Of a DNA stretch of 32,000 bases, positions 1-8,544 are shown piece after piece (the stretch's first letter is position 1; each line of letters begins with the position of its first letter). Origin of the DNA: Candidatus Saccharimonadota bacterium (lineage in GTDB: Bacteria > Patescibacteriota > Microgenomatia > UBA1406 > GWC2-37-13); contig CP065004.1 in the NCBI GenBank assembly GCA_016700135.1, positions 1,416,137 to 1,448,136 on the forward strand, written 5' to 3'. Under the pieces are notes generated by a model, which had not been told where the DNA came from, ran no database searches, and worked only from the letters and a program-made list of their open reading frames with translations. The translations under genes and the position numbers were made by a program.

Positions 1-177
1 TGATGCCTGTCCGAATTTGACATGTGAGATAGCAGCACCCGGCAAAGAAGAGAGAAGCGTTCTTCTCAATGCATTACCGATACTGTTTCCGAAACTGGTA
101 TTGAAGGGTTCGTAAATAAATTTTCCGTAGTTCTCAGATTGCTCTTCAATTTTTACGGAAAACATTGGCTCTAACAT
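1..177 (-). CDS. rpoA: DNA-directed RNA polymerase subunit alpha, first 59 codons only (continues past window start)
   Basis: Not in the ORF track because it is truncated. The reverse complement from the ATG at 177 reads [73 protein letters not shown] is the RpoA N-terminal signature, and the position after rpsD fits alpha-operon order. Confidence 0.85.
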   Translation of the reverse strand, partial: MLEPMFSVKIEEQSENYGKFIYEPFNTSFGNSIGNALRRTLLSSLPGAAISHVKFGQAS

Positions 178-207
178 ATAAAGATGTATACAATTAGTAA
201 AAAATTA

Positions 208-828
208 TTAACGTGAGTAGAACTCAATAACTAATCTTAAGTTCACTTGCTGTTCAATAATTGAGTTGTCAGGTGTCTTAGTAAGAACGCCCATATCCTT
301 CTTGAGTTCAACCCATTCAGGAAAAGTTATATCATTCTGTCCGCGGAATTCTTCAATATATGGTATCTTCTTTGAATCATCCGATGCAAATGTAATCTTC
401 TCATCTACCTGTACCAGATATGACGGGATGTCAAGAACTTTTTCATTGACTTTGATATGTCCGTGAGATACCAGCTGTCTGGCTGCTGCACGTGTCGGTG
501 CAAATCCCAACCTGTATACAACGTTATCAAGTCTTCGTTCCAGGAGCTCACCGAGGAAAATGGCGGTGTTTCCGCGACGTCGGGACGCTGTATCAAAATA
601 TCCCTTCAACTGTTTCTCGGTCACTCCGAACAAAAAGCGAAGCTTTTGCTTTTCCCGAAGCTGGCGGGCATGTTCAGAAGATTTTCTTCGGAATCGTGTG
701 CCGTGCTGCCCAGGTAAAATATTTATTTTTTTAAGCAAAGACGCCTGTGCTTTTGATCCGGTTGTTTTTAGACCGAGGTCGGCGCTTTCTCTTCGTGAAA
801 CTTTATTCTTGGGACCTGTATAACGCAT
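208..828 (-). CDS. rpsD: 30S ribosomal protein S4
   Basis: 206-aa ORF with MRYTGPKNKVSRR N-terminus and an S4 RNA-binding domain (RLDNVVYRLGFAPTRAAARQLVSHGHIKVN). It follows rpsK. Confidence 0.96.
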   Translation of the reverse strand: MRYTGPKNKVSRRESADLGLKTTGSKAQASLLKKINILPGQHGTRFRRKSSEHARQLREKQKLRFLFGVTEKQLKGYFDTASRRRGNTAIFLGELLERRLDNVVYRLGFAPTRAAARQLVSHGHIKVNEKVLDIPSYLVQVDEKITFASDDSKKIPYIEEFRGQNDITFPEWVELKKDMGVLTKTPDNSIIEQQVNLRLVIEFYSR

Positions 829-859
829 TTTATTATTTCGTAATTATTAATTCTTATTA

Positions 860-1249
860 TTAAACTCTTCGCACTTTTGGCGGTCTAACACCGTTGTGCG
901 GGATAGGTGTAATATCGACGATTTTACCGATATCGACACTGGAAGCACGCACTGAGCGTAAAGAAGCTTCACGGCCGGGGCCAATACCTTTTACATAAAC
1001 ATCAACCTTCTTAAGTCCGTAATCTTCAGTTGCTCTTTTTAACGCTGCATCTGTCGTAACTGTTCCTGCATACGGTGTGGATTTTCGGGTACCGGTAAAT
1101 CCGTGCATACCGCATGAACTTACAACGAGTGCGCCGCCGTTTTCATCGGTGACTGTGACGAGTGTATTGTTAAAGGTAGCCGTAATGTATATACGACCAT
1201 TTTCGACAACACGTGTCTTTTTTTGTTTCGCTTGTGTCTTTGGTGCCAT
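860..1249 (-). CDS. rpsK: 30S ribosomal protein S11
   Basis: 129-aa ORF with the S11 core YITATFNNTLVTVTDENGGALVVSSCGMHGFTGTRKSTPYAG. Confidence 0.96.
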   Translation of the reverse strand: MAPKTQAKQKKTRVVENGRIYITATFNNTLVTVTDENGGALVVSSCGMHGFTGTRKSTPYAGTVTTDAALKRATEDYGLKKVDVYVKGIGPGREASLRSVRASSVDIGKIVDITPIPHNGVRPPKVRRV

Positions 1250-1263
1250 AGATTGAAATATAA

Positions 1264-1674
1264 TTATTTGGTAGTTGTCTGTGTTTGATCAACTTTTGCC
1301 CATGCTTCTTTGGTAAGTGCTCCGACTGTTCTTCTTTTACCCCGTTTTGTGCGGGCATTTGAACGGGTTCTCTGACCTCTTGACGGCAATCCCATTCCGT
1401 GTCTCATACCGCGATATGAACCGATTTCGCGAAGTCTCTTTATATTTTCGCTTCGTTCTTCACGAAGATCTCCTTCTACTTTGATATTTTTATCAATATA
1501 GGTAGTAAGGGCTTTCAACTGGTCTTCTGAGAGATCTTTTACTCTTACTGCTTCATCGACTCCTGTTTCAGACAGTATCACTTTTGATTTTGACCAACCG
1601 ATACCGTGAATAAGTGTCAGTGCATAATCTATTCTTTTTTCATCTGGTAAGATGACTCCCATTAACCGTTGCAT
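1264..1674 (-). CDS. rpsM: 30S ribosomal protein S13
   Basis: 136-aa [29 protein letters not shown] matches the S13 N-terminus, and the C-terminal tail is basic. Confidence 0.95.
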   Translation of the reverse strand: MQRLMGVILPDEKRIDYALTLIHGIGWSKSKVILSETGVDEAVRVKDLSEDQLKALTTYIDKNIKVEGDLREERSENIKRLREIGSYRGMRHGMGLPSRGQRTRSNARTKRGKRRTVGALTKEAWAKVDQTQTTTK

Positions 1675-1705
1675 ATGATAGTAAACTTCAAAATACTAAT
1701 AATAA

Positions 1706-1822
1706 TTATCCTTGTCTCTGTTTGTGTTTCGGATTACGGCTGCAAATGACATACATAAGCCCTTTGCGGACGACAATCTTACAACTTTCACATCTTTTTT
1801 TTACTGTTGATCTTACTTGCAT
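1706..1822 (-). CDS. rpmJ: 50S ribosomal protein L36
   Basis: Below the ORF-track size cutoff, so translated by hand. The reverse complement gives [38 protein letters not shown] plus TAA (38 aa). It has the L36 zinc-ribbon pattern C..C...C....H and lies between infA and rpsM. Confidence 0.93.
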   Translation of the reverse strand: MQVRSTVKKRCESCKIVVRKGLMYVICSRNPKHKQRQG

Positions 1823-1828
1823 AGGATA

Positions 1829-2044
1829 TTATTTTCGATAAACTATACGGCCTCTGTTGAGGTCATATGGGGTGAGTTCGATTTTGACCCGATCACCCGG
1901 CAAAATTTTTATATAATTTTTTCTCATCTTTCCTGATAAGTAACAGAGAATGACTTTCTCTCCCTCATCAAGCTGCACCTTAAACAAAGTGTTCGGAAGG
2001 TTTTCAACAACCTCTCCTTCCACTATAATCACGTTATCTTTCAT
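1829..2044 (-). CDS. infA: translation initiation factor IF-1
   Basis: 71-aa [36 protein letters not shown] is the IF-1 S1-like fold. Confidence 0.96.
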   Translation of the reverse strand: MKDNVIIVEGEVVENLPNTLFKVQLDEGEKVILCYLSGKMRKNYIKILPGDRVKIELTPYDLNRGRIVYRK

Positions 2045-2068
2045 AGAAAGATATATTGTAACACATAA

Positions 2069-2824
2069 CTACGCTAAAATGAAGGTTTCTTTATCAGTTA
2101 CGGCAATGCTGTGTTCAAAGCATGCCGACATACTTCTATCTTGCGTAATAATTGACCACGGGACATTGGGCTCGTAGGCAATTTTTTCCGTTCCCATTGA
2201 ATAGATAATTTCTACGGCAATCGTCAGTCCTGACGGTATCTTGTAGGTCTTCTCAATAGGCCGATCCAAATAATTCAGGACATAGGGATCCTCATGCAGT
2301 TCATATCCGACTCCGTGACCGGTCAACTCTTTGAGGATATAGTATCCAGCTCCCGTCATTTCTTCCTCAATAAAGGCTGCAATCGTTCCTAATCGTTCAC
2401 CCACTTTCACTTTTTTAATTGCATTCTCAAGAGTGTCATGCCCTTTTTTTAAAAATGCTTCTGTTTCAGGGTCGGTTTTGCCGCCTATTACAAACGTTGT
2501 CGCATAGTCGGTGTGCAGTCCGTCAAGGTACACTCCGATATCAACTGTCAGCACGTCTCCCTGCTTCAGTTTCTTCTTTTTGGAAGGCGGCGTATGCACC
2601 GTTTGTTCATTTACCGGCAGACATGTTGTCCATTTGTAACCGTCTACTCTTTTGAATGACGGTTCGGCTCCCCGCTCAATAATCAGTCTTTCCGCTTCTC
2701 GATCAATTTCATCAGTTGTCATACCGGCATGAATCTTCGGAAGTAATATATCTACGACTTCCCGGAGGATTGCTCCGCCTTTTTTCATGCTTTCAATCTC
2801 TTCCTTTGACTTGAGGTGTATCAT
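2069..2824 (-). CDS. map: type I methionine aminopeptidase
   Basis: 251-aa ORF with MetAP metal-ligand contexts VDIGVYLDGLHTDYATTF, LTGHGVGYELHEDP, AVEIIYS and CFEHSIAV. Canonical position between adk and infA. Confidence 0.94.
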   Translation of the reverse strand: MIHLKSKEEIESMKKGGAILREVVDILLPKIHAGMTTDEIDREAERLIIERGAEPSFKRVDGYKWTTCLPVNEQTVHTPPSKKKKLKQGDVLTVDIGVYLDGLHTDYATTFVIGGKTDPETEAFLKKGHDTLENAIKKVKVGERLGTIAAFIEEEMTGAGYYILKELTGHGVGYELHEDPYVLNYLDRPIEKTYKIPSGLTIAVEIIYSMGTEKIAYEPNVPWSIITQDRSMSACFEHSIAVTDKETFILA

Positions 2825-2826
2825 CC

Positions 2827-3951
2827 TTATGAAAAATAAATTGCCCGATACACTTCTTCAAGTTTGTGTTTCAGCTCATCAAGCGTGTAATTATTCTTAA
2901 TCAGATAATCTGCATAAGCAATTGTCGGTCCCATGTGTGTATTCAAGAGTTCATCTAGATCGCGTTCTTCACCGAAAAGCCCTGATCGGGATTTTCGATG
3001 TTTGATCCGCTCAAATCGGATAGGTTTGTCTGCATAGACCGCAACGATAAAAATACGAGCTTTCGGAAATTCCTGTTTCAAATACTGATACTCTTCCCAT
3101 GACCTCATTCCCTCAATGACCAGCAAGTTGTGTTTCCGGAGATTCTTTTCAATATCCGCTTTACTGAGCTTTGCCATCGCTTCAAATCCGTATTTATCTC
3201 TCAATCCCTGTCTTATTTCGTGGTGCACTGCAAGAGTATGCGGCTTTTTTTGCTTTTCAATCTCTTTGTTGACAATATCAGAAAAACTGACAATGGGAAG
3301 CCCTTTTGCTGCAAAATACTGAGCAGCTTCCGTCTTGCCGGATCCCGGCATGCCGACAATGGCAACAATAGTATTATTCTTCTGCTGCCATTTGAGAATC
3401 CGGTTTTTGATTTTCTGTTTTCCGAGAGATTTCAGAATGGACTGATTGACTTCTTCTATTGACCGGGTGCCGTCAATAGTTGAAAGCTTATCATTCTTTT
3501 CATAATATTCAAGCACCGGTGTAGTATGTGTCTTAAAAAGTTCAATTCGTTTCTTGATAGCTTCAATAGTGTCATCATCGCGCTGTTCGTTGCGATATGC
3601 CAGCCTCCACAATGCTTCCTTATCAGGAATATGGATATGGACAACCCGATCCACATTATTTTTGAATTTTTTTGCCTGTTTTAAAGTGCGGGGAAATCCG
3701 TCAAGGATATATCCCTTTTTGTATTCCGGACGGGACAGATAACTGTTTACTATCTCTATCGTCAGATCATCTGGAATCAGCAATCCGGAAGACATCAGAA
3801 GTTTTACTTTCTTGCCAAGAGGTGTCGTCTCTTTCGCAATATTGCGGAAGATATGACCGGTTGACAGATACGGAATCTTCAATTGCTTCGAGAGCATGTT
3901 CCCCTGAGTTGACTTTCCTGATCCTTGTATTCCGATAAGAACAATCTTCAT
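2827..3951 (-). CDS. adk: adenylate kinase (short, lid-less form) fused to a second P-loop nucleotide-kinase-like domain
   Basis: 374-aa ORF. Residues 1 to about 180 are Adk (MKIVLIGIQGSGKSTQG, YILDGFPRT). Residues from about 195 carry a second Walker A (IVAIVGMPGSGKTE) and resemble archaeal UPF0200 / dephospho-CoA-kinase-like small kinases (VIEGMRSWEEY, RFERIKHRKSRS, ERDLDEL, ADYLIKNNYTLDEL). Confidence 0.85.
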   Translation of the reverse strand: MKIVLIGIQGSGKSTQGNMLSKQLKIPYLSTGHIFRNIAKETTPLGKKVKLLMSSGLLIPDDLTIEIVNSYLSRPEYKKGYILDGFPRTLKQAKKFKNNVDRVVHIHIPDKEALWRLAYRNEQRDDDTIEAIKKRIELFKTHTTPVLEYYEKNDKLSTIDGTRSIEEVNQSILKSLGKQKIKNRILKWQQKNNTIVAIVGMPGSGKTEAAQYFAAKGLPIVSFSDIVNKEIEKQKKPHTLAVHHEIRQGLRDKYGFEAMAKLSKADIEKNLRKHNLLVIEGMRSWEEYQYLKQEFPKARIFIVAVYADKPIRFERIKHRKSRSGLFGEERDLDELLNTHMGPTIAYADYLIKNNYTLDELKHKLEEVYRAIYFS

Positions 3952-3973
3952 ATTGAGATATCAATTTGGAGTG

Positions 3974-4147
3974 TTAGTCCAGTTTCTTTTTTTCTTTATG
4001 TTCTGTGTGTTTTTTACATACAGGACAATACTTCGTTAATGTTATGGGTTCCTGTGTATTGATTTTGCTTTTTTCAGAAACGTAATTCATTGTGCTACAT
4101 TCCGTGCAAACAAGACCAAAAAGAACGCGTGTACTTTTTTTTGCCAT
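3974..4147 (-). CDS. rpmG: 50S ribosomal protein L33 (zinc-ribbon C+ form)
   Basis: Below the ORF-track cutoff, so translated by hand. The product is MAKKSTRVLFGLVCTECSTMNYVSEKSKINTQEPITLTKYCPVCKKHTEHKEKKKLD plus TAA (57 aa). CTEC...CPVC and KHT.HKE are L33 hallmarks. Confidence 0.9.
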   Translation of the reverse strand: MAKKSTRVLFGLVCTECSTMNYVSEKSKINTQEPITLTKYCPVCKKHTEHKEKKKLD

Positions 4148-4221
4148 AATTTTTAGCTACTTATAACAATATAAATCCGTAAGGAAATGAGAAAAATCTA
4201 TTATACACCATTGCTGCGTAT

Positions 4222-5508
4222 CTACAACGTGAATCTGTCATAGTTTTTCATCACCAGCTGAGATTCGATCTTCTTGAACGTTTCAAGAACAACAGACACT
4301 ACGATAAGGATTCCCGTTCCTCCGATAATCAAATTCTGAAGTCCTGTCACGGAAGACATAATAGCCGGAAGGATTGCGATAAGTCCTAAGAATACCGCAC
4401 CGAATGTCGTAATTTTATATACAACACTCTGCAGATAGTGTTTGGTCGCCGATCCTGGGCGAATACCGGGGATAAATCCTCCGTGCTTCTGGATTTCTTC
4501 AGCTATTTTTTCCGGATTGAAGACGATGATAGTGTAGAAGAATGTAAAGGCAACGACAAGTATGAAATACACTGAGTTATACAAAACGCCGTCTGGAGTG
4601 AATGAAGTTGCTAATGCCGTCCCGATATTTGCCAGTGTCTGGTTCGGGACATAGCGCACGAAATTACCGATAATCTGCGGGAAGAGAACAAAGGATACCG
4701 CAAAGATGATCGGAATAACCCCTGCCTGATTCAGCTTCAGGGGCAAAAAGTTTGTCGCTCCCTGATACATTTTATTTCCCTTAATACGCCTTGCATAATA
4801 TACGGGGATCTTGCGGACCGCTTCGTTGATAAATACAACAGCCGCAATAACCACAAGCGTCAGCGCCAAAAAGATTATGATATTGAGTGCAATTTCTGAA
4901 TTGAATGTGGTGATTGTCCTTCCGATAAGTACAGGAATACGTCCGACGATACCGGCAAAAATAAGAATTGAGATTCCGTTTCCGAGTCCGAATTCCGTGA
5001 GAAGTTCACCAAGCCAGACCAAAATAAAAGTACCGGCAAGAAGCGTCAGTACGAAAGAGAAAAACTCGATCGGCGACAACACATCAATAATCTGCTGATT
5101 TCTCAGAAGCACATAAATACCGACTGCCTGAACAAGAGTAAGCGGAACAGTCAGAAATCTCGTGTATTGATTTATCTTGAATCGCCCGTACTCTCCCTCT
5201 TTTGATAAAGCTTCAAGTTGCGGCACGACCATGGTAACAAGCTGCATAATAATGGAGGCATTAATGTATGGAGAAAGTCCTAAAGCCATAACTGAGAAAT
5301 TGACTAAGGTGCCTCCTGAAAAAATATCAAGGAGTGAAAGAAACTGACTTTGCTCAAAGAGTGCCTGCAGTCTTGAAAGGTCAATCGCAGGTACCGGAAG
5401 GTACGCAAATATTCGGAAAATAAGAATGATGAGAAATGTGATTCCTGTCTTTCGTCTCAAAGCAGGATCTTTTATGAGTGATTGAAATTTTTGAGCTATA
5501 TCTTTCAT
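4222..5508 (-). CDS. secY: preprotein translocase subunit SecY
   Basis: 428-aa multi-pass membrane ORF with SecY motifs ([26 protein letters not shown]). It overlaps the rplO stop by 4 nt. Confidence 0.96.
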   Translation of the reverse strand: MKDIAQKFQSLIKDPALRRKTGITFLIILIFRIFAYLPVPAIDLSRLQALFEQSQFLSLLDIFSGGTLVNFSVMALGLSPYINASIIMQLVTMVVPQLEALSKEGEYGRFKINQYTRFLTVPLTLVQAVGIYVLLRNQQIIDVLSPIEFFSFVLTLLAGTFILVWLGELLTEFGLGNGISILIFAGIVGRIPVLIGRTITTFNSEIALNIIIFLALTLVVIAAVVFINEAVRKIPVYYARRIKGNKMYQGATNFLPLKLNQAGVIPIIFAVSFVLFPQIIGNFVRYVPNQTLANIGTALATSFTPDGVLYNSVYFILVVAFTFFYTIIVFNPEKIAEEIQKHGGFIPGIRPGSATKHYLQSVVYKITTFGAVFLGLIAILPAIMSSVTGLQNLIIGGTGILIVVSVVLETFKKIESQLVMKNYDRFTL

Positions 5509-5945
5509 TGAACCTTTCCGCCAGCCTTTTCAATTTGTTCACGAGCAGACTGCGAAACTGGTAATGAGACAGTTATAGCATTTTCAATTGACCCATTAGC
5601 AACCACTTTCACTCCGCGCTGTGTATCAGCTGACTCGATGATGCCCTTTTCAACAAGTGCATTCATATCTACTGTAGCTCCTTTTTCAAAGATATTCAAG
5701 TGTGTAAGTGTAAGTAATACCGGTTTCATTCCTACCGGCTTGTTTCGGCCTTTTCCTCGAAGAAGAGGGAAACGTTTCACCATGCGGTTTTGACCTCCTT
5801 CAAAGTGAAGAGGCATTTTGGTGCGGGCGGTCTGATGACGTGTGGTACCGCGGCCTGATTTAGCACCGGCTTTCGAACCCAATCCGCGTCCGAGTCGTTT
5901 TTTCCCTTTTTCTGTAATTTTCGGTAATTCTGTTAGATTTTTCAT
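5505..5945 (-). CDS. rplO: 50S ribosomal protein L15
   Basis: 146-aa ORF with [23 protein letters not shown] and [13 protein letters not shown]. Confidence 0.95.
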   Translation of the reverse strand: MKNLTELPKITEKGKKRLGRGLGSKAGAKSGRGTTRHQTARTKMPLHFEGGQNRMVKRFPLLRGKGRNKPVGMKPVLLTLTHLNIFEKGATVDMNALVEKGIIESADTQRGVKVVANGSIENAITVSLPVSQSAREQIEKAGGKVQ

Positions 5946-5962
5946 GAGATACGTGTAATTAA

Positions 5963-6631
5963 TTATTTATCACTTTTGACCGGTTTCTTTTTCGGTGCTG
6001 TTTTTTTTGCTTTGCCCGCCGTCGCTTTTGCAGACGTGGCTTTTACTTTTGTCTCTTTTTTTTCGGCTTTTTTCGGTTTTGCTTCAGTCACTGCTTCTTC
6101 CAACACTGTTTCTTGTACGACAGCTTTAGGTTCCGATTCGACAGCTGTTTCTTCTTTCTTTTCTTCCGTGATACGCGGCTTCAACCGTTTGATTGCTTCG
6201 ATGACTGCATAGGCATTGGTGATCTGATTTCGTGTTCCGATAATTTTTCCTGACGCATTGTTTACACCTGCAATATCAAGAACGGCACGGACTACTCCTC
6301 CGACTTTCAGTCCGGTACCGGGAGGTGCCGGCTTCAAAAGAAGTCGTGAAGATTTATATTTTAACTTAATTTCATGCGGAAGGGTATCATTATAAATCGG
6401 CAGTTTCACCATGCGTTTTTTTGCCTGGGTGATAGCCTTCTGAATGGCAGGAGGTACCTCAAGACCCCGTCCGATTCCGATACCTACACTTCCTTCACCG
6501 TCACCGACTGCGACCAGTGCTGAAAATGAAATGTAGTTTCCGCCTGTGGTTTTTTTGGAAACACGGCGGATATTTAGGACCCGTTCATCCATCTTATTTT
6601 CGTCGTTTTGTTTTAATTTACCTTTTGCCAT
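5963..6631 (-). CDS. rpsE: 30S ribosomal protein S5 with a 67-aa Lys/Ala/Glu-rich C-terminal tail
   Basis: 222-aa ORF with S5 core RVSKKTTGGNYISFSALVAVGDGEGSVGIGIGRGLEVPPAIQKA. The tail runs EEKKEETAVESEPK...KKTAPKKKPVKSDK. Confidence 0.95.
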   Translation of the reverse strand: MAKGKLKQNDENKMDERVLNIRRVSKKTTGGNYISFSALVAVGDGEGSVGIGIGRGLEVPPAIQKAITQAKKRMVKLPIYNDTLPHEIKLKYKSSRLLLKPAPPGTGLKVGGVVRAVLDIAGVNNASGKIIGTRNQITNAYAVIEAIKRLKPRITEEKKEETAVESEPKAVVQETVLEEAVTEAKPKKAEKKETKVKATSAKATAGKAKKTAPKKKPVKSDK

Positions 6632-6655
6632 TCTAATATAATAATTTAGTAATTC

Positions 6656-7009
6656 TTAAACGGTAATTCCGCCTTCTCGTAATCCCTCTGCCAGAGCCTT
6701 CACGCGACCTTTATAGGCGAAACTTCCGCGGTCAAATACAACTTGTGTAATTTTCTTAGCTTTCATGAGTTTTGCCAATTCAACACCTACTTCTTTTGCT
6801 TCCTGTGTTTTGGTTTTCTTGTCACGTCCTTCAAGCTTTGATGCATCATAAGCAACAAGGGTCTTTGCGGCTTCATCATCAATGACCTGAGCATAAATGT
6901 GCACATTGGAACGGTTCACACTGACGCGCGGCCGCTCTTTAGTTCCGACAATATTTGAACTGACTCGTCGTTTTCTTCTGAGTTTTCTTTGTAAATTTTT
7001 ATTTGCCAT
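6656..7009 (-). CDS. rplR: 50S ribosomal protein L18
   Basis: 117-aa ORF with [20 protein letters not shown] and [23 protein letters not shown]. Confidence 0.95.
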   Translation of the reverse strand: MANKNLQRKLRRKRRVSSNIVGTKERPRVSVNRSNVHIYAQVIDDEAAKTLVAYDASKLEGRDKKTKTQEAKEVGVELAKLMKAKKITQVVFDRGSFAYKGRVKALAEGLREGGITV

Positions 7010-7019
7010 ATATATTTTG

Positions 7020-7069
7020 TAATTTCTGATAGCTATAAGCTAAAAGCTATTAACTGACTTATGCTGCCT
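7020..7069 (-). repeat. ribosomal-operon spacer element, copy 1 (rplF-rplR spacer plus last codons of rplF)
   Basis: On the plus strand, TAATTTCTGATAGCTATAAGCTA ... TTATGCTGCCT. It matches 22 of 23 nt and then 11 of 11 nt of copy 3. It contains the mini-hairpin TAGCT-ATA-AGCTA. Confidence 0.75.
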
Positions 7070-7601
7070 TTGCCTTCTTTCCCGGTTTGACACGGACGTG
7101 TTCGCCTTCATAACGAATACCTTTTCCTTTGTATGCGTCAGGTTTCTTTACTGATTTGATCTGATGGGCTACTTCTCCGACAAGCTGTTTATCGATTCCG
7201 GAGATAATAATAATATTGTTTCCCTCCATCGAAAGCTGGATTCCTTCCGGCGCCTTAAAAATTACAGGATGCGAAAGTCCGAGTTTCAGATTCAGATCCC
7301 GTCCCTGCATTTTACCGTTAAAACCGGTTCCGACTATCTCAAGTCTCTTTGACCATCCCTGATCTACGCCTTTCACTGCATTTGCAATGATACTGCGATA
7401 AAGACCGTGAGAAGCTTTCTGTCTTTTTGCTTCTGATTTTCTTTCAATATACAGTGTGTTTTCTTCGTTTCGGATACTCAAAAAATGAGGGAGTTCAAAA
7501 GATAAATTTCCTTTTGATCCTTTTACCTGAACAACCTGACCTTGAATATCAACTTGTACAGAACTCGGTATCTGAATTGGACTTTGGCCTATTTTAGACA
7601 T
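7059..7601 (-). CDS. rplF: 50S ribosomal protein L6
   Basis: 180-aa ORF. It has the MSKIGQSPIQIP N-terminus, two L6 repeats, and a C-terminal GKGIRYEGEHVRVKPGK. Confidence 0.95.
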   Translation of the reverse strand: MSKIGQSPIQIPSSVQVDIQGQVVQVKGSKGNLSFELPHFLSIRNEENTLYIERKSEAKRQKASHGLYRSIIANAVKGVDQGWSKRLEIVGTGFNGKMQGRDLNLKLGLSHPVIFKAPEGIQLSMEGNNIIIISGIDKQLVGEVAHQIKSVKKPDAYKGKGIRYEGEHVRVKPGKKAKAA

Positions 7602-7602
7602 C

Positions 7603-7983
7603 TTACCAAATGTAAAATAATAACTCTCCGCCTACTTGTGCTTTCTTTGCTTCACGGTCAGTGACTATTCCCTTTGAAGAGGAAATGATCGCATGGCCCA
7701 TGCCGCCTTTTACTGATTTCACATCACGGTATGGCTTATACATTCTTCTTCCCGGAGTTGAGAATACACGCACATCAGTGAGTGCCGGGACGCCTTCATC
7801 ATAACGTAAGTCAATGATGATCGTCTTGATTATCTCTCCCTCAATACGATAGTCAGCGACATAGCCCAGCTCTTTCAGCTTGCGTACCACTGATTCACGA
7901 TACTTGGAATAAGGAGAAACAATCTGTTCCCTCTTTGCCATGTATCCATTTTTTATTCGTATGATGAGATCGATAACTGACAT
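7603..7983 (-). CDS. rpsH: 30S ribosomal protein S8
   Basis: 126-aa ORF with DLIIRIKNGYMAK near the N-terminus and SSSKGIVTDREAKKAQVGGELLFYIW at the C-terminus. Confidence 0.95.
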   Translation of the reverse strand: MSVIDLIIRIKNGYMAKREQIVSPYSKYRESVVRKLKELGYVADYRIEGEIIKTIIIDLRYDEGVPALTDVRVFSTPGRRMYKPYRDVKSVKGGMGHAIISSSKGIVTDREAKKAQVGGELLFYIW

Positions 7984-8020
7984 ATTGTTTATTTAATTTC
8001 CAATTTTATGTAATTTAATT

Positions 8021-8050
8021 TAATTGCTATAAGCTAACAGCTAACTGCTG
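8021..8050 (-). repeat. ribosomal-operon spacer element, copy 2 (rpsS-rpsH spacer, more diverged)
   Basis: TAATTGCTATAAGCTAACAGCTAACTGCTG shares the GCTATAAGCTA core. AATTTC also occurs at 7995..8000 in the same spacer. Confidence 0.55.
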
Positions 8051-8055
8051 ATACA

Positions 8056-8340
8056 TTAGGTCTTATCTGCCGTTCTCTTGGTAACCTTTCCGTGACCTCT
8101 AAAGGTGCGGGTCGGTGAAAATTCTCCCAGTCTGTGTCCGACCATTCCTTCTGAAACAAAGACTTCAATAAATTTTTTCCCGTTATGAACAGCTATTCTG
8201 TGTCCGACAAAGTCAGGATGGATCTGACAGGAACGTGCCCATGTCTGGATCGGTCTTCTCTCACCGGATTCTTTTTGTTTTAGAACTTTTTGATGCAATT
8301 TTTCATCAATATATGGTCCTTTTTTTGCTGAACGAGTCAT
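8056..8340 (-). CDS. rpsS: 30S ribosomal protein S19 (non-canonical position between rpsN and rpsH)
   Basis: 94-aa [18 protein letters not shown]...[51 protein letters not shown] is an unmistakable S19 sequence. Confidence 0.95.
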   Translation of the reverse strand: MTRSAKKGPYIDEKLHQKVLKQKESGERRPIQTWARSCQIHPDFVGHRIAVHNGKKFIEVFVSEGMVGHRLGEFSPTRTFRGHGKVTKRTADKT

Positions 8341-8344
8341 AGTG

Positions 8345-8530
8345 TTACCAAGAAACTTTTTTAACTCCGGGAATTTCTCCTTTTAATGCTTTTTCTCTAA
8401 AGCAAAGACGACACAGTCCGAATCTTCGGATATAACTTCGTGATCTTCCGCATACCGGACAACGATTCACATGTCTTACTGCGTATTTCTGCTTTCGCTG
8501 AAATTTTACTTCATCTGATGTTTTTGCCAT
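8345..8530 (-). CDS. rpsN: 30S ribosomal protein S14 type Z (zinc-binding)
   Basis: 61-aa ORF with CPVCGR...CRLC cysteine pairs, ending in GVKKVSW. Confidence 0.95.
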   Translation of the reverse strand: MAKTSDEVKFQRKQKYAVRHVNRCPVCGRSRSYIRRFGLCRLCFREKALKGEIPGVKKVSW

Positions 8531-8544
8531 AGAGAAAAATAAAT

